From the NCBI GenBank assembly GCA_010015805.1, contig ML978123.1, forward strand, positions 620,001 through 684,000: 64,000 bases of DNA, given 5' to 3'. Source of the DNA: Rhizodiscina lignyota. Lineage: Eukaryota. The translations under genes and the position numbers were made by a program. Position 1 is the stretch's first letter; the number at the start of each line of letters is the position of its first letter. The notes under the pieces were generated by a model. It was not told where the DNA came from and searched no databases. It worked only from the letters and a program-made list of their open reading frames with translations. This document shows, in pieces, positions 1 through 12,966 of this stretch.

Positions 1-429
1 AATAAGGTTTGCTAACCCTCGTCTACCCCAGCTGCCCATGACTTAAACGTACAGCGGCCGTGGAGGCCAGACGCAACTGAGCTCGCATCGATCCTTCGAT
101 TGCCGATTGCTGCGTGTATCCCGGTTACGGGGCCGGAATTCCCACGGTATACAATGTGCTACTATTAGACTGCTACCGCGCCTTCCCGTTCCCACCTATC
201 TTTCTCTAAGCATGGCGAGAGTATTACCGATGCTGTTTGCCGCGGTTCCGCGCTTAAATCGTACGCCGCCCATAAGTAGAAGAAGTCGACCTCCCTAGGC
301 TTATTCCACCATTTCTCGAAAGCAATATAACGACGACGGAATTAGCGATATTGGCTGTCAAGTGCCTATCTGGATATCCTTTCAGCAACAACGAGTTGTA
401 TCGGTTGACCAATCGATCCATTGCCGGCC

Positions 430-2253
430 ATGACGCTCCCAAATGGTACCAATGGTGTCAGTGGCCACACTGAAGGGGCCTATTCGATGTCCAAGGAATG
501 CCAGGAGGCCTTGAAGACACTACTGTTACTCAGTAAGGATCAAATACCGAATGAGTGCTTTCCGCTGGTCGAGAAAGTCACCTTTAGCACGGCAAATACT
601 GGCAGTCCGTACTTCCCCTGTCCTCTTAAAGAAACCGAAGCCATATCCGCATTGAAGGCCGTCGAAGCCGGCGTGGCTGGCAGCATCGCAAACCTGATTT
701 TTGGAGAGCAGGACCGGCAAATGATTGTCGATCTCGAACGTGCATCATGTTTCCTCTTTTCTGCGTATCTATGTACGGTGAGAGGAATGAACAAGGCCGA
801 TCCGCGTGTTAAAGCATGCCTGAAAAGTACGGGCTGTGTAAGATAAGCAGAATGCTCTCTAACACGCAGTAGATACCGATCTTTTGCAAGCGCAGTCAAA
901 TGTATATCGCCGACTGTCAGCGAATTTATATGAGACAAAGAATCCCGGAGAGTATTTCCACATTCATGGATCTCTTGAAGCGACGAAAACGCTCAATATG
1001 ATAGGTCTGGAGGGCTGGAGACCCGATATGACTGACTATCGCGAGTGTGTTGACCTCATCGAGAGCCACGTGAAGCAGTTTACGGCTGAAGAGCTAGAAG
1101 TAAAGAACGCAGAACTACGGCAAGCTGGTGTGACCTGCATGCAGTGGATAGAATTCCAGAAGACCACACATGTCAGTCTTCATGGTTGACGAAATTACGT
1201 TCTACCCTCATTAACTCATGCTAGGGCAAAATCCTCAAGCAAGAACCTCCATGGAGAGTGGAATCTCTTGAGACTGAATCCCCTCCGGCTCCGTTCCCAG
1301 CAACGAGGTCACCGGCGCCGAAGCCACAAATACTTTCTGGCATCAAAGTCTTAGAGCTCTGTCGAATCATAGCAGGACCATCAATAGGCCGCGGCCTTGC
1401 AGAATACGGTGCCGATGTAATGAAGGTCACATCTCCCAATTTGAGTGATGTTCCTTTTTTCCAAGTGGACGGTAATCTGGGAAAGCATACTGCCGATCTT
1501 GATTTGAAGAGTCCCAAAGATCGTGAAATATTCGAAGAGCTTCTCCTGTCTGCCGACGTGATTCTTGATGGTTATCGGCCTGGTTCTCTGGAACGTCTCG
1601 GATATGGACCAAAGCAGATCATCGAAATGACAAAGCACCGCGGTCGAGGAATCGTCTACGTTGCAGAAGATTGCTTTGGCCACGTGGGTGAATGGAGCAG
1701 CCGTCCTGGATGGCAACAAATCGCCGATTGCGTTACAGGTGTTGCTTGGATGCAGGGCATGAGCATGGGACTGACAGAGCCTGTCATCCCGCCGTTCCCA
1801 ATGAGCGATTATGGCACGGGTTGTATGGGCACCATCGCCGCATTGGCCGGATTATATAAGCGGGCAAAGTTTGGAGGCTCATACCATGCAACAACGTCGC
1901 TGTGCCAGTACGACATCTTCCTCATTCGGCTTGGATTGTATCCGGAGGCCTTGGTGAAAAAGTTGCGGGAGACTCACGACCCCGAGTTCTATAACCTCAG
2001 ACACTCCGATTCGGTTGATGAGGTCGGCAAGAGAGCATTAGTGTCGATGCGCAGGACGCATCCCGAGCTCTTTGAAAAGAAATACATATACAAAGCGTAC
2101 AGCAGAGGCTTCGACGGCGAAATCGAGTTTGTCAAGCCCGTGGTGGAAATCGAAGGAACTTGGAATGGTTTCCTGAGGATGTCAAGACCGAACGGCTTCG
2201 ATCCTCCTACCTGGGATAGTTGGGAGGTCGATGAAGATATGTTGAAGATGTGA
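430..2253 (+). CDS. CoA-transferase family III (CaiB/BaiF), fungal long form; predicted introns 827-872 and 1172-1224
   Basis: Three ORFs join in frame across GT..AG introns. Motifs LSGIKVLELCRIIAGP, LAEYGADV, ADVILDGYRPGSLERLGYG and FPMSDYGTG (catalytic Asp position) are typical of family III CoA-transferases. Confidence 0.9.
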
Positions 2254-2596
2254 TGCATTTCTCGTGATACCATATATTTCTGTAAAAATAGAGAAGCAAT
2301 AGATTTTAATTAACGTCAGTAACTTGCAGGCCTTTGAAACCGAATTTTGAGAAGAACAAAATGAAAAATAAAGAAACTTCATTGGAGTACAGAATGGAAT
2401 TTGTTTGAGGTTAGCGCTTTATTTATGTTGTGTTGTCATAAGTGGGTGTGAATGACTTCGCTTCTTCGGCGTGCGGAAGGTCCACCTTGCCTTTTGTCGA
2501 AAATCATCAGCCCTACAAAGCACATCCTCCAACCCTTCACTCGTCATAAAGACCATGTGTCCCTACCTCTAGCTTTTCGAGACCTCTGTAGTGACT

Positions 2597-5495
2597 ATGG
2601 ACTCTGTTTCAAGCTTGACGGCTGACCACTGCATCCTACTTGCTGTCCAGCTCGCTAGAGATTCCAACGTCGTAGCTCTTCAGAACCTGACGGCAGCGCG
2701 GCGAGACGCGTTCATCTCCGAGACAATACTGCGAATCCTCCTTACATACCTTCCCGAGACTTTAGAGCCTTCTCTCTACACCTCCTACGTCCATTTGGTC
2801 GCAAGTGGAACCTTTGAATCCCACGGTGATGCCTCGCCCGATATAAGTCCTGTGGATGATCTGTCTGAATCACAAGCGAGAAAGAAAGCAAAGAAGCTCC
2901 AGCTGGTGCCTTTGGCGCACCAGTCGCGCCAGGCAGATGAATCGGTTAATCTCTTGGAGCAATTTCTCATTCACCGCGCATATCGAATAGATCAAGAGAG
3001 TGGTCTCCTTACGCTTATACCACAGCTCATCGATCCTTTCCTCGACACCTCCGAATACCTCCGAACATGGTTTATTTCAACCGTCATACCTCTTCTGAGA
3101 TTCAATTTCGAATACTACGAACAGAGTGAGTCAGAAATGACTCTCGAGGCGTTCGACAGGCTTGGAGGATCCGCGGGACTGGAACTACTTCTGTCTAAAG
3201 CGCAAGAGCCAGTGCAAGAAGACATGGGCGCAATCAATCATGGCAGTAGGGATCTCAGAGGCTTAGCTGGACCTTGGATGTATGGGAGCAATGAAAGGAA
3301 GAGACGAAGACTCAACAGTGCTCCAAGACGGATGTCGGTTGCGGCAGTCGCTGCGCAAGAGGCTCGTCGCATTGAAGAGGACGCTGTGAAAATAGAAGAT
3401 GTCACTACAAATCATGACTGGGAGTACGCATTTGACTGGCTAGTCAGGGCTGCAACGCATAACTTCCCATTTGTAAAGGGAACGATTGAGGAATGGAATG
3501 GCCCCTCAGACATCGACTTGGGCGGCTACGAAGGTCCCGAGCAGCCATTGGATCCAGAAGTGGGACGAAAGCTACACATACAATATGCCCAAGCTACATT
3601 TGCCGCAGTATATGCGGTAGAATCGGACACAATGCAAACAATCGGCGGCGCCCACAGCCTCCTCCTACGGCTGGCTACACTCATGGAATACGATCCACCA
3701 CCAGACCTCGCAACAAGCGTGGAGCATCTCCCGAGAATTGATTCTCAGTCGTCTACTCTTTTCGAGACGTCACCAGCGGCGCTTCTACATAATGTTCTCC
3801 TGAAGCCTGGCCATCCACTTACAACACCGAACCTTGAAACCTTCTCTCTTCTGCAAATGTTTGTATTTTCAGCGTACTTGTTAGCTGGCATGGGAAGCAG
3901 CACATCCATTGTAAACATTGCCAAACTACATTTCCAAAGTAACGCAGACGAGCAATTTTCAATGCTACAGAAAATTCTGCATGTTGCGACTCATGGCCCC
4001 AAGAAAGACGACCAGCAGTGGGAAGGGGTCGTCAGTAGGCTTCTTTGGCTATGGAACTGGGGTTTCGAGTCGGAAGAGCGCCCTGAGTATGGAGCTGGAA
4101 TTCTCGGGAAGGTCCACAGGCCAACTGTCTCTAAGGAGATCCTGAAGACTCTCCTTACCGCCGGATGTAAGCATTTCACCTATCTCATGGGAAGCATTCA
4201 TCTAATTTATCCCCGTATTAGGTTTCGGACTTGTCACCAGAACCTACATATCTGCCAAGCATCCCACTCATGGGCTCTCGCAACAAGAAATCGAAGACGT
4301 GATCACTGGATGTGTATTGAACTTTTACGATAACGCCAGTAATGGAAACAGAACACGCGGCGGCATGAAGAAAGCAGCAGATATTATTTCTGCATTCAAA
4401 GGGTCGTTCCCAAACTCACCAGCATTCAGACGCTGCGACGCTCTTCTTGCCGCCACACATGCTCTCTCATTCTACTCCCTCACACTTCAGCATGGTGTCC
4501 CCTTCCAACCGGTCAACATCCGTGTCAGCCAAGATCCCTTATCCTTACTTCACAGGGTCTTAGAACAAAACCCACAGAGCTACAGTAAGCTTGACGATCT
4601 AATTAGCATCGGTCAGAACCTCGTTTCTGCGGGTCTGATGCACCCGTCCACAACTTCCGACAACGCTCCAGCCAACGACCCGCCTGTTGAGCAAACCGAG
4701 ATGCTCAAGAGCAAAGCAGAGCGTCGAGTCATCGATATGGCCATCGAGCAGGCACTCGCAGAGGACGACTTTGAAACAGCATACTCTTATGTTGTTAACC
4801 GCCTAAATCCTTCGGAAGTCTCTCCATCTACTAACGGTGTCGACGAGGAAACAGAAGATGATCTCTCGTGGCGTGCAGCATTCCTGGCTGGTCGACACCG
4901 CAGTGCAACCGATCTATCCTCTTCTCGCATCTCCACCGGCTCAGCTCAGCTTCGCAAGCCAGGACTCCGCCGTCTTGAGCAGCGCATGGAACTGCTGTCG
5001 CAAGCACTACTGCTGGCGCCGCCTTCTCATCTTTCTGAGGTTCTGGCCGCGTGGCGGAGGTGCGAAGAAGAGATGTCGGCACTCCTGGCGCAGGAATCCG
5101 AAGAGGAGCAAAGCTTCGACGACAGAGCAGATAAGAGGCTCCCTGGCGCATTCGGACCTAGCTTATCCTTGTCTCCTGTGCAGACAAGACGAGAAGTTGG
5201 ACGAGGCGCAGTCGAAGAAGCGCCAATGGGCTTATTCGACGTCGCGAGGGGTGCAGCAGCCGCTTTCTCACGAAGCGCATTCCCACTTCATGGTGCGAGG
5301 ACGCAGGCAAAGCCAAGTGAAAACATGGACTACCGTGATCCGCAGAGAAGCTTGTCTGGCGCTGGAAGCGATAATGGGAGTGTACACTCGGGTACAGAGA
5401 GGGTGCGGAAGCGAGACATTGTGGCTAATGCGGCGACTAATGCATTAACGTCGGGCATTGGATGGGTCCTCGGCGCCACTCCTGTCAATCAGTAA
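2597..5495 (+). CDS. sec39: Sec39 (Dsl1 tethering complex) domain protein; predicted intron 4167-4221
   Basis: ORFs 2591-4333 and 4299-5495 join via GTAAGC..TAG. Motifs ILLTYLPETLEPSLY, FYDNASNGNRTRGGMKKA, ATHALSFYSL, ALAEDDFETAYSY and LSQALLLAP match fungal Sec39. Confidence 0.85.
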
Positions 5496-5597
5496 CAGCA
5501 GCACTAATCGTAATTAGAGATCTTTTAGGGTATTAATCTATCCTCTAAAGATACCATATCGTAATGTCGTAATATATCATGAGAAGTCAAGTTGCGT

Positions 5598-6178
5598 TCA
5601 CCCTAACGCTAACTCGAATATCCCGATCATCATCCAGCTCCATCCAAGCCACTGCAAGTTCGTCCACACAACCTTGGTCTCGTCAATCGCCTCGTTGTAT
5701 GTGTGAACGAAGGGAACTTTCGCCTTTGCCTCCCAGAAGTCTGCCATGTACATCCGCACGCCTAATGGTACGAGTATGTTGAGCACGTAGAGCGCGAGGT
5801 TGGTGTGCCACTGCTTGCTTCTGTGGTCCTCTGTGACGGCTGCTATGACGAGGTATGTGGAGCAGAGGAGTGAGACCGCGATCTGGAGCACGAGTAGGTT
5901 AACATGCAAGTACATAACTGCTAATGGAATATGTTGGGCAGTTAACATACAGATGCTGCACCCGCGGCTTGCGTTTTCCGCGTCTTCTGCAACTGCCTAT
6001 CCGCACTGCTGCTGTACTGTGCCGCTTTCTCCGACTGCTTCTCATAGATTTGAAGTTTCGTGATTGCAGTGTAAGAGTGCTGAGCCGCGTAGGCTGCCAG
6101 TGCAGTCTGAGCGGCGTGGAAGACGGGTAGGAGGGGCGCGAAGAAGGATCGCGGATGCGGAGGCGGCATGTCAGTCAT
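5598..6178 (-). CDS. Small fungal multi-pass membrane protein of unknown function; predicted intron 5883-5950
   Basis: ORFs 5942-6178 and 5598-5948 join in frame across GTATGT..CAG. Several hydrophobic helices and a KAKVPF..YNEAI segment are present. Confidence 0.7.
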
Positions 6179-6459
6179 TTGGTAAAGCTACAAGAGACTA
6201 TGAGCAAAGCATAGGAGGGAGTGAGAGATTCAGATGAGTATTCTTAGTTCTTGTTGTATGATCGTGCACAGAGAAGGAGAGAGATTCCACAGCACAATTC
6301 GGAGGTTAACAAAAGCTCCGCAAGCTCCACCCCTGTCATCCACTTCCCCACTACCTACGATGGAATTGTTCTACTCTCGGTTTACGACTTCAGAATGCAC
6401 CCTGTATTTGTACTTCGATCTCAGTCATTCGACTATCGAGGCCTTCTCGATTCTTCCAC

Positions 6460-7535
6460 ATGGGTTCCACAATTCCAACGATCGATTTCAGGCCTTTCAT
6501 AAATGGCTCTCTACAGGAACGCCAGCAGATTGCCACCAACGTTGATGACGCACTGAGGACAGTGGGCTTCTTCCGTCTATACAATCATGGTATTGGTCAA
6601 GGCAAGATTGAGCAATGCTTTAACTGGGTGAGTTCTGTGCTCCCTACGTACCTTCGCTCATCGTCATGGGAAATAGAGCAAGCAGTTTTTCCATCTGCCC
6701 GATGACGAGAAGGAAACCCTCTCACCTACGCCTCCCTCGTTTGACCGAGGATTCTTTGCACTTGGAAAAGAAAAGGTTCGAGGCCAGATTAGTATGAAGG
6801 AAAATTATGATTTTAGTGATGCAATGGCCGACACGGCTTGGCCAAAAGGAGAGCTATTACCACGTTTTCGTGAGTTCGCGGCGGATTTTCACCAGGTACA
6901 TGGTACCACTTCTAAGACAATGCTACTAGTTGATAGAGGAGTAGGACTGTTCCCGACTTGTATATCGGTTGCTCGACTGCGTATCTATGGCGCTTCAGTT
7001 AAGTGACGAGCAATCACTGCGTCAATACCACACTGGAACTCTATTCACATCCAGTCTCAACCACTACCCTTCGGTACCCGCCCAGCTATTGCAATCTGGG
7101 GAAGCCGCTCGAAGTCCAGCCCACGCCGACTTCGGTACGCTATCACTCATTTTTCAGCGTAATGTGGGTGGCCTTGAGATTGCAGACATGAGTTCCACGG
7201 AGAAGAACACAAGTGCTGGCGTAGAGAAGACCGCGACGTTCATACATATCAACCCAGAGCCCGGATCAATCATAGTGTTTGGAGGATATTTACTAAATCG
7301 ATGGACGGACAAGAGATACAGAGGTGCAGTGCATAGAGTAACGGAACCTTCGCATCTTGAGTGTGGGATGGAGATTTTACCCGAAAGATATAGTGTTGTG
7401 TTCTTCAGCTTTCCCGACGCCGCAACGACAATCGAGCCTCTTGCAAGCTGTTGTAGTGATGAAAACCCGCGAAAATATGAAGCAATCAACGCAGGCGAAT
7501 ACCTCCAAAAGAAGAAGGCGGTTATTTATACGTAA
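6460..7535 (+). CDS. 2-oxoglutarate/Fe(II)-dependent oxygenase (DIOX_N + 2OG-FeII_Oxy, IPNS-like); introns 6628-6676 and 6896-6944
   Basis: N-terminal IPTIDF..GFFRLYNHGI; HxD (HADFGTL), distal His (VHRV) and RxS (RYS) motifs. Exons join in frame. Confidence 0.9.
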
Positions 7536-8122
7536 AATGCGGAAATCAAGTAGTCAACAATGCGCTTTGTTTCCACATTTCAGGATCTATCACTTGTTAG
7601 ATCAGTCCCCGGATATGCGCTCCAGCTCATACGTTAGTATATCGCATCGACGGAAGAGCTATGGAAAGTACACATTAGCGTCCTGCCTTCGATGCGGTGA
7701 AGTCAAATGGTGCCTCTTTAATGAAGAATAAGTGTTTTCCACTCACCTAAATACCGTACCCATGATTCCACTCAACGAGAGTTCTGCAAGACGACTCTCA
7801 TATCTGTGGCATACCTGAGAGAGGGAAAGATGCTTTGAGCACATTTCATCGCCAAGTCATTCGTGCGATTAACATCCCCGGGACCAACCTCCGAGCCTTC
7901 ACAGATCCCAGAGTTAATCCGCTCGCATTGGAGTCTCGCAATTTTCTTCCATACACCCGGTGGAGATTCGAGCAGTAGTCGATATGGCTAGATATCATGT
8001 TTTGAGGCACTGTTGAAGAAGAAACAGGAGGTTTTAATCTCTTCTTTACGGGGTCGAGCGTATTCGCGGAAGCTTCCTTCTAGGACTAGGTATCAGATGC
8101 TATCATCAGCCATGCCGGGAAT

Positions 8123-9810
8123 TCAGGTGGGAGATGCGATATGCTCCGATTGACTGCACAAGCTTTCGAACGTCTTGAGTCTTCTCAAAGGTTTGACGCC
8201 AATATCGGAGAAGCACTCCGAAATAGCAATATCTTGTGAGAACCGTGTTAGAAGAGTGTGGCATAGCAAAGGGAAGCATTTTCTAGCAGTGGCGAAGTAA
8301 CAGACGGCCATGACCCAGAACAGTAATCCCCGACGAATACCCCAAAGGTCTGTCAGATCAGTCTTTCGAAGGCATCTGACAAGCCTTGGCCGGATCCGTA
8401 CACGGTTCGCTGCGACATGTATGGGGATACACTGTGCTTCGACTGCTAACAGTACCTGGCTAGCCCATCGACAGCAAGTATACATAGCGGCTGCGTCAAC
8501 ATTCGACGTTCTTGGTACGGGCCCGAAACGCTCTATCTGTTGGCGGAGACTCGCGCGTTCTTCCAGTAATTCATCAGTTGGTTCCAGTACATGGCTGTTT
8601 CCGTCTAGAAATGATGCGAGCCATCTATGCATGAGCCAGGCAAGATGCAGCACCTCTGTTCCGACGTGTGGTGCAGAGGTATCATTCCGCCATTGGCAAG
8701 TGAGCGGCGAGGTCCAGGCGGAAGGGATCGAGCAATCTTTACATGGTGCAGTTGCTGGGAATAGGTTTCCCACGTCTACCAGAGGAGTTCTCAGGTGATT
8801 AGCGCTTGCGATCGCAGATGATCTACCAATACTGTCAGAAGAAAGCTGAACTGGGGATAGTTTGGAGAGACTTGCATATTGTCATATTTGCAGACATACC
8901 GCAACAGACCGAGGCTCTCTGGATCTTTAACACTATTTTCACCCCTGGACAAAAATTTGTGCATTGCTTGACGATGCAGAAGTCCTTCGTCAAGAGCAGT
9001 TTTTGCTTTGTGCGCGGACTCCGGGCAACAGCATTCGTAATCGTCATCCATCGAAATATTGATATATTCCCACATGCTTAGACAATCAGGCAGATCTTGG
9101 GAAACCAGACAGACTATCGCAGTACCTAGCGCCAGCACCGCAGTCAAACACTGAGGACTAAGCAAGCCTCCGGAGGACTTCAATTTAGCGCCGATGTGAC
9201 GAATAGCTTGATCTTTCAACTTCAGCAGGACGGTTTTGGATCCCTTGCCTGTCAAAGCCATGGTGTAAGCATAGCTGAGCAGAAGAATGCCAATAAACAT
9301 AATCGAATAGTCTTCATGGTCAAACATGACGAATTGCTTAACGAAGACCTCCCCACAAAATTCGAACAATGGCAATCCAGCTGAGAAAGCGGACGTCATA
9401 GCTGTGATATCGGGGGGTATAGAAGGGAGATGTTGCAGATTTCCATCCTTGATATGGTGTAGAGAGCCTGATGCTGCTTGCAGAAGAAAAGCGACAACGT
9501 TGGCATGCTTTTGTTTGATTGATCTTCGACGTCGATTTGTTGGAGTAGCGGAACGGTCCAGCGCAGGCTTGACTTCATGATGTGAGTTAGAATTTTAGTT
9601 AATCAAAGCCACAGAGGTGATTATATTACTCTGTTGTCCGGCAGTCTCTGTTTCGTCTTGGCACTGATATTTTCCAGAACCTCCCCAGTATGCAGCATGG
9701 CTCCTCGCTGCGCTTGAATGTGCTTTGAGCCAGCTTACATCTTTTGCCTTAAGCTCCGGAGTGACAAAGAGATAGTTTGGTGGAGGCTTGATGGTCTTAC
9801 GAGAAGGCAT
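8123..9810 (-). CDS. Fungal-specific transcription-factor-like hypothetical protein without an obvious Zn cluster; putative introns 9573-9629 and GC-AG 8823-8875
   Basis: N-terminal LFV...ARSHAA segment and a helical middle region resemble fungal TF-domain-only proteins. Three ORFs become one frame with the two introns. Confidence 0.55.
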
Positions 9811-10217
9811 ACTCGAAGAGTGATTTGAACTATGAGTTCCATATTTTTCGGCATGTTCTTATTGTCAAACATCGCCACCTGGCACACGGCGCGGGTTTAT
9901 ACAGCGAGGAGTGAACCGAATGCATGCCCAGCCAGTGCAAGACGATCGGTTGATGCACTAATAAGTGAGCCAAGTACAAATCTGAGCAGTGAGAACGTTT
10001 TGGCCTCCGGTACGCTAGCGTTACATGAGATCGGGCGCACTTAGTAAGCTCTTCCCTGGTGTACTTAGTATTCGGGAAAAACACATGCCGACTTTGCAGA
10101 TTTCCCTTGGTCTGAATCGCTATATTATTACACGATCTTGTTCGCTGTAAACTTCTCTAAACAGAACGGAGCACTAGAGTCTGGTCTCCTGGCGCTTGCG
10201 TATCATACTTTTATATT

Positions 10218-10874
10218 CATTGACGCTTTCAACCATTCTGACGCCAATCTGTAAGAAGTACCAAACCCCTTATTGCACTGGTATTCCGACTGACTGCATC
10301 AACTATCGAGAAATCATGGACTTCCTGCTGCGCAGATGTTCTCTTCTTCTGCGCACCTCTTCGTTCGAAACATTGTATCGATCGCCCTCTCAGGGTTGCT
10401 GTGCATGGAAGACTTGTTGAACGATGGCTACGTGGTGATAGCAGTGGCCAACAAAGAGGACGATGTCATCTCGCGCGCCACTCGAGCGGGTCTTCACCGG
10501 CGTAGCAGCAGCATTTGATGGCCTAGGGAACGACCAGGCGCATCAAAGAACCCAGCTTTCCTGATGTCATACTCTTTTAGGATGTCCGTGAGAAACTCGG
10601 GATCACATTGGAAATTTGGGAGCACGTTCTTGACGACTGCCGGAGTGCTGTTCTCGAGGTCTTTTCGCGTTCCGAGGTCGAACAGGTATTTGTTTCCAGT
10701 GACGACATGCTCAATGAGGAACAAGAAATCTGTGAACGTAGAACATCTCCCTCTCTGCTTCCTCCAAATTATTGTTCAAAGATGAGTTGGGTTTGTTTGG
10801 GCCGACTTGTTGCTTCTGTCTTCGCATTGGGTATGTATGCCATACCAAGGTAGATTTCTAGGCACGTCAGACAT
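10218..10874 (-). pseudogene. Degraded metallo-beta-lactamase-fold (AttM/AiiA lactonase-like) gene
   Basis: Recognisable blocks FLIEH..GNKYLFDLGTRKDLEN, PGRSLGHQMLLLR, LFVGHCYHH, SMHSNPERAIDT, VHDF and DWRQNG*K lie in different frames with stops. The HxHxDH region is absent. Confidence 0.75.
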
Positions 10875-11484
10875 GTCGTATTTCAGCCTCCGGACGCATC
10901 CTTGTCGTTATGGAGGCAGTTGATCTTGTGAGACAGGTCTACATCCGTGCACTTGAATGGATTCGTTTGATTAATTTAGGCAGCACTGGGAAAAGAAAAA
11001 AGGGAGGTTATGCAAGCGCTGGTATGTGGGAAGTTTCTTGGCGATTAACATTACAGAATCACAAATTCTCCTTACCAAGCCAGTCCTGTGGCATGGCATA
11101 CGGAAAATAACAATCAGGGATGAAAGAGATGCAAAAGCCTCATACAACATGGTGCAGCTGTAACTCGGTAGACTCGCTAACGGTGGATTCCCGGAGACAT
11201 TCAATGTCTGCTGCATGAAGAGGCATTCTTCCAATCAAATGCAACGTAAATTCGAACCCTGCAACTTCCCTTTTGGGATGAAGCGTATATCGCGTCCAAC
11301 CGCCCCAATAGTGGGTATGTATGGTAGTTCCAGGGTTAATGCTTTGAATCTGGAGCACTAGTTGGTACAATGTTCCACTTACTTGTTCTCTTTAAGTACT
11401 CTGAGACGTGAGTATGGTGATCTTGCTCCAGATGCAGAGTCCGAAACCTTTAGATTTCAAGATTCACTGCAACCGATAACCAAG

Positions 11485-11971
11485 ATGGAGGGACACTGTC
11501 TATGCGGTGCCATCAGTGTCAAAGTAAACGATTCGGAATTGTTCTCTGGTCATCGGAGAGGTCACCTCTGTCACTGTCGAAATTGCAGAAGAGCAGCGGG
11601 AGGAATATTTGGCACAAACCTCGCCATCGAGGCCAGCAAGGTGGAAATTACTGGCAAGGAAAGCCTCAAAGAGTATATGGACCGAGACACAACGAGCGGA
11701 ACACCGATGGCACGATGTTTCTGTGAGCACTGTGGAACGTCAGTGTTGCTTCGCATTTCCTTCGCTCTTGACTGCTGACTCCTGATGCAGCCCCATTCAG
11801 TCAGTGACACCGGTAATGGGAGGGAAGGTGGTGTTGAAGTTGGGTGTCTTCGAGCGAGTTCCTGAGCCGGAATGGGAAGCTTTCGCTGTGCGCCGCCAAA
11901 TTTGGGAGAAGCCACTCGAGGGCTGCATCCAGTACAAATTGCTTGGAGGCCCTGGAAAGGAACAACTTTGA
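11485..11971 (+). CDS. GFA/CENP-V (Mss4-like) zinc protein, glutathione-dependent formaldehyde-activating enzyme family; intron 11739-11790
   Basis: GHCLCGAI, CHCRNCRR and RCFCEHCGT Cys motifs; the spliced 3' exon reads PIQSVTP...EPEWEAF..RR..W. Confidence 0.88.
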
Positions 11972-12171
11972 GGCCGTGGTAGATTGGAACAGAGCATTTG
12001 GCAAGTGATACAGTAGAGAATGTGTGCACCGCATTGGCTAAAGCAATTGTTCGAATTCGCTTGAGCACAAGAACAGCAAGATGCTCTCCAAGGAGGGGAA
12101 AAGATCTGTTTCATTGAAATCCAGTGACAATCAACATCTGTGACTAAGTGATATTGCCCAGGTCGCAAATT

Positions 12172-12966
12172 TCACCCTCCTGCTTTAGTGTAGGCCTCTC
12201 CATAAGCATTGTACCATTTATCGACCAACTCGTGCCCAAGTCCAGCAGGACAAACGTCTTTATCGCTCTTCCAGCCCTCCAAAACCTGCTCCATGAATTC
12301 GGATACGCTAAGCGCAACCTTGTTGCCATGATCTTTCTTATTGTCATCTGGATCTTTCCTCTCGCGATGCAGGGCCGTTTCGACGGTTGGAGGCACAATC
12401 TCCACGACTTTGATCTTCGATTGGGCAACCCGTAATTGTGACCGAAGATTGAGGGTGAAGAAGTGAACCCAAGCCTTCGTGCCATTGTACACAGGATTGA
12501 CGATGCTGAACGGATTGTACCCGAGCACAGAGGAAACATTCATGATAACCCCACCATTCGGCAAGCTGTTGATGTGCGGGACCAAAGAAACACTCAGGTG
12601 CATTGGACCACGAATATTCGTGTCGATTTCCCGGTCTGCTTTGTTCAGATCAAAGTCGTAGTCTGGGCCCAGGATCTGGAATGGTCGTTGGACACCTGCG
12701 TTATTGATCACGCAATCCAGCTCTGGATGTTTGGACACGATGTCTTTGACGAAACCTGAGATGGCTGAAATGTTGCCCACGTCGAGCACGTAGTAGTCCT
12801 TCGCTCCAATCTCCGATGCCGTTTTCTTGAGGTTAGATTCAGTTCGACCTGCAATGATCACCGATTTGCCCATGGCAATCAGCGTCTCGGCCATGGCTCT
12901 TCCAAGCCCTCCTCCGCCTCCCGTAATCAGAGCACATTGAAATGAGAGTGTGGAAACAGGCGCCAT
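12172..12966 (-). CDS. Short-chain dehydrogenase/reductase (DltE-like)
   Basis: TGGGGGLG, INNAG, NVSS and YNGTK (YxxxK) motifs; intronless. Confidence 0.9.
   Translation of the reverse strand: MAPVSTLSFQCALITGGGGGLGRAMAETLIAMGKSVIIAGRTESNLKKTASEIGAKDYYVLDVGNISAISGFVKDIVSKHPELDCVINNAGVQRPFQILGPDYDFDLNKADREIDTNIRGPMHLSVSLVPHINSLPNGGVIMNVSSVLGYNPFSIVNPVYNGTKAWVHFFTLNLRSQLRVAQSKIKVVEIVPPTVETALHRERKDPDDNKKDHGNKVALSVSEFMEQVLEGWKSDKDVCPAGLGHELVDKWYNAYGEAYTKAGG

Noticed and set aside
1..170. GCTAAC..CAG acceptor at 11-31, suggesting the last exon of an upstream + strand gene
   Set aside because: The frame and product cannot be determined from the window, so I did not call a feature.
7700..8000. Open minus-strand stretch (PYRLLLESPPGVWKK...) that may be a gene relic
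   Set aside because: No recognisable family motif and no start codon.
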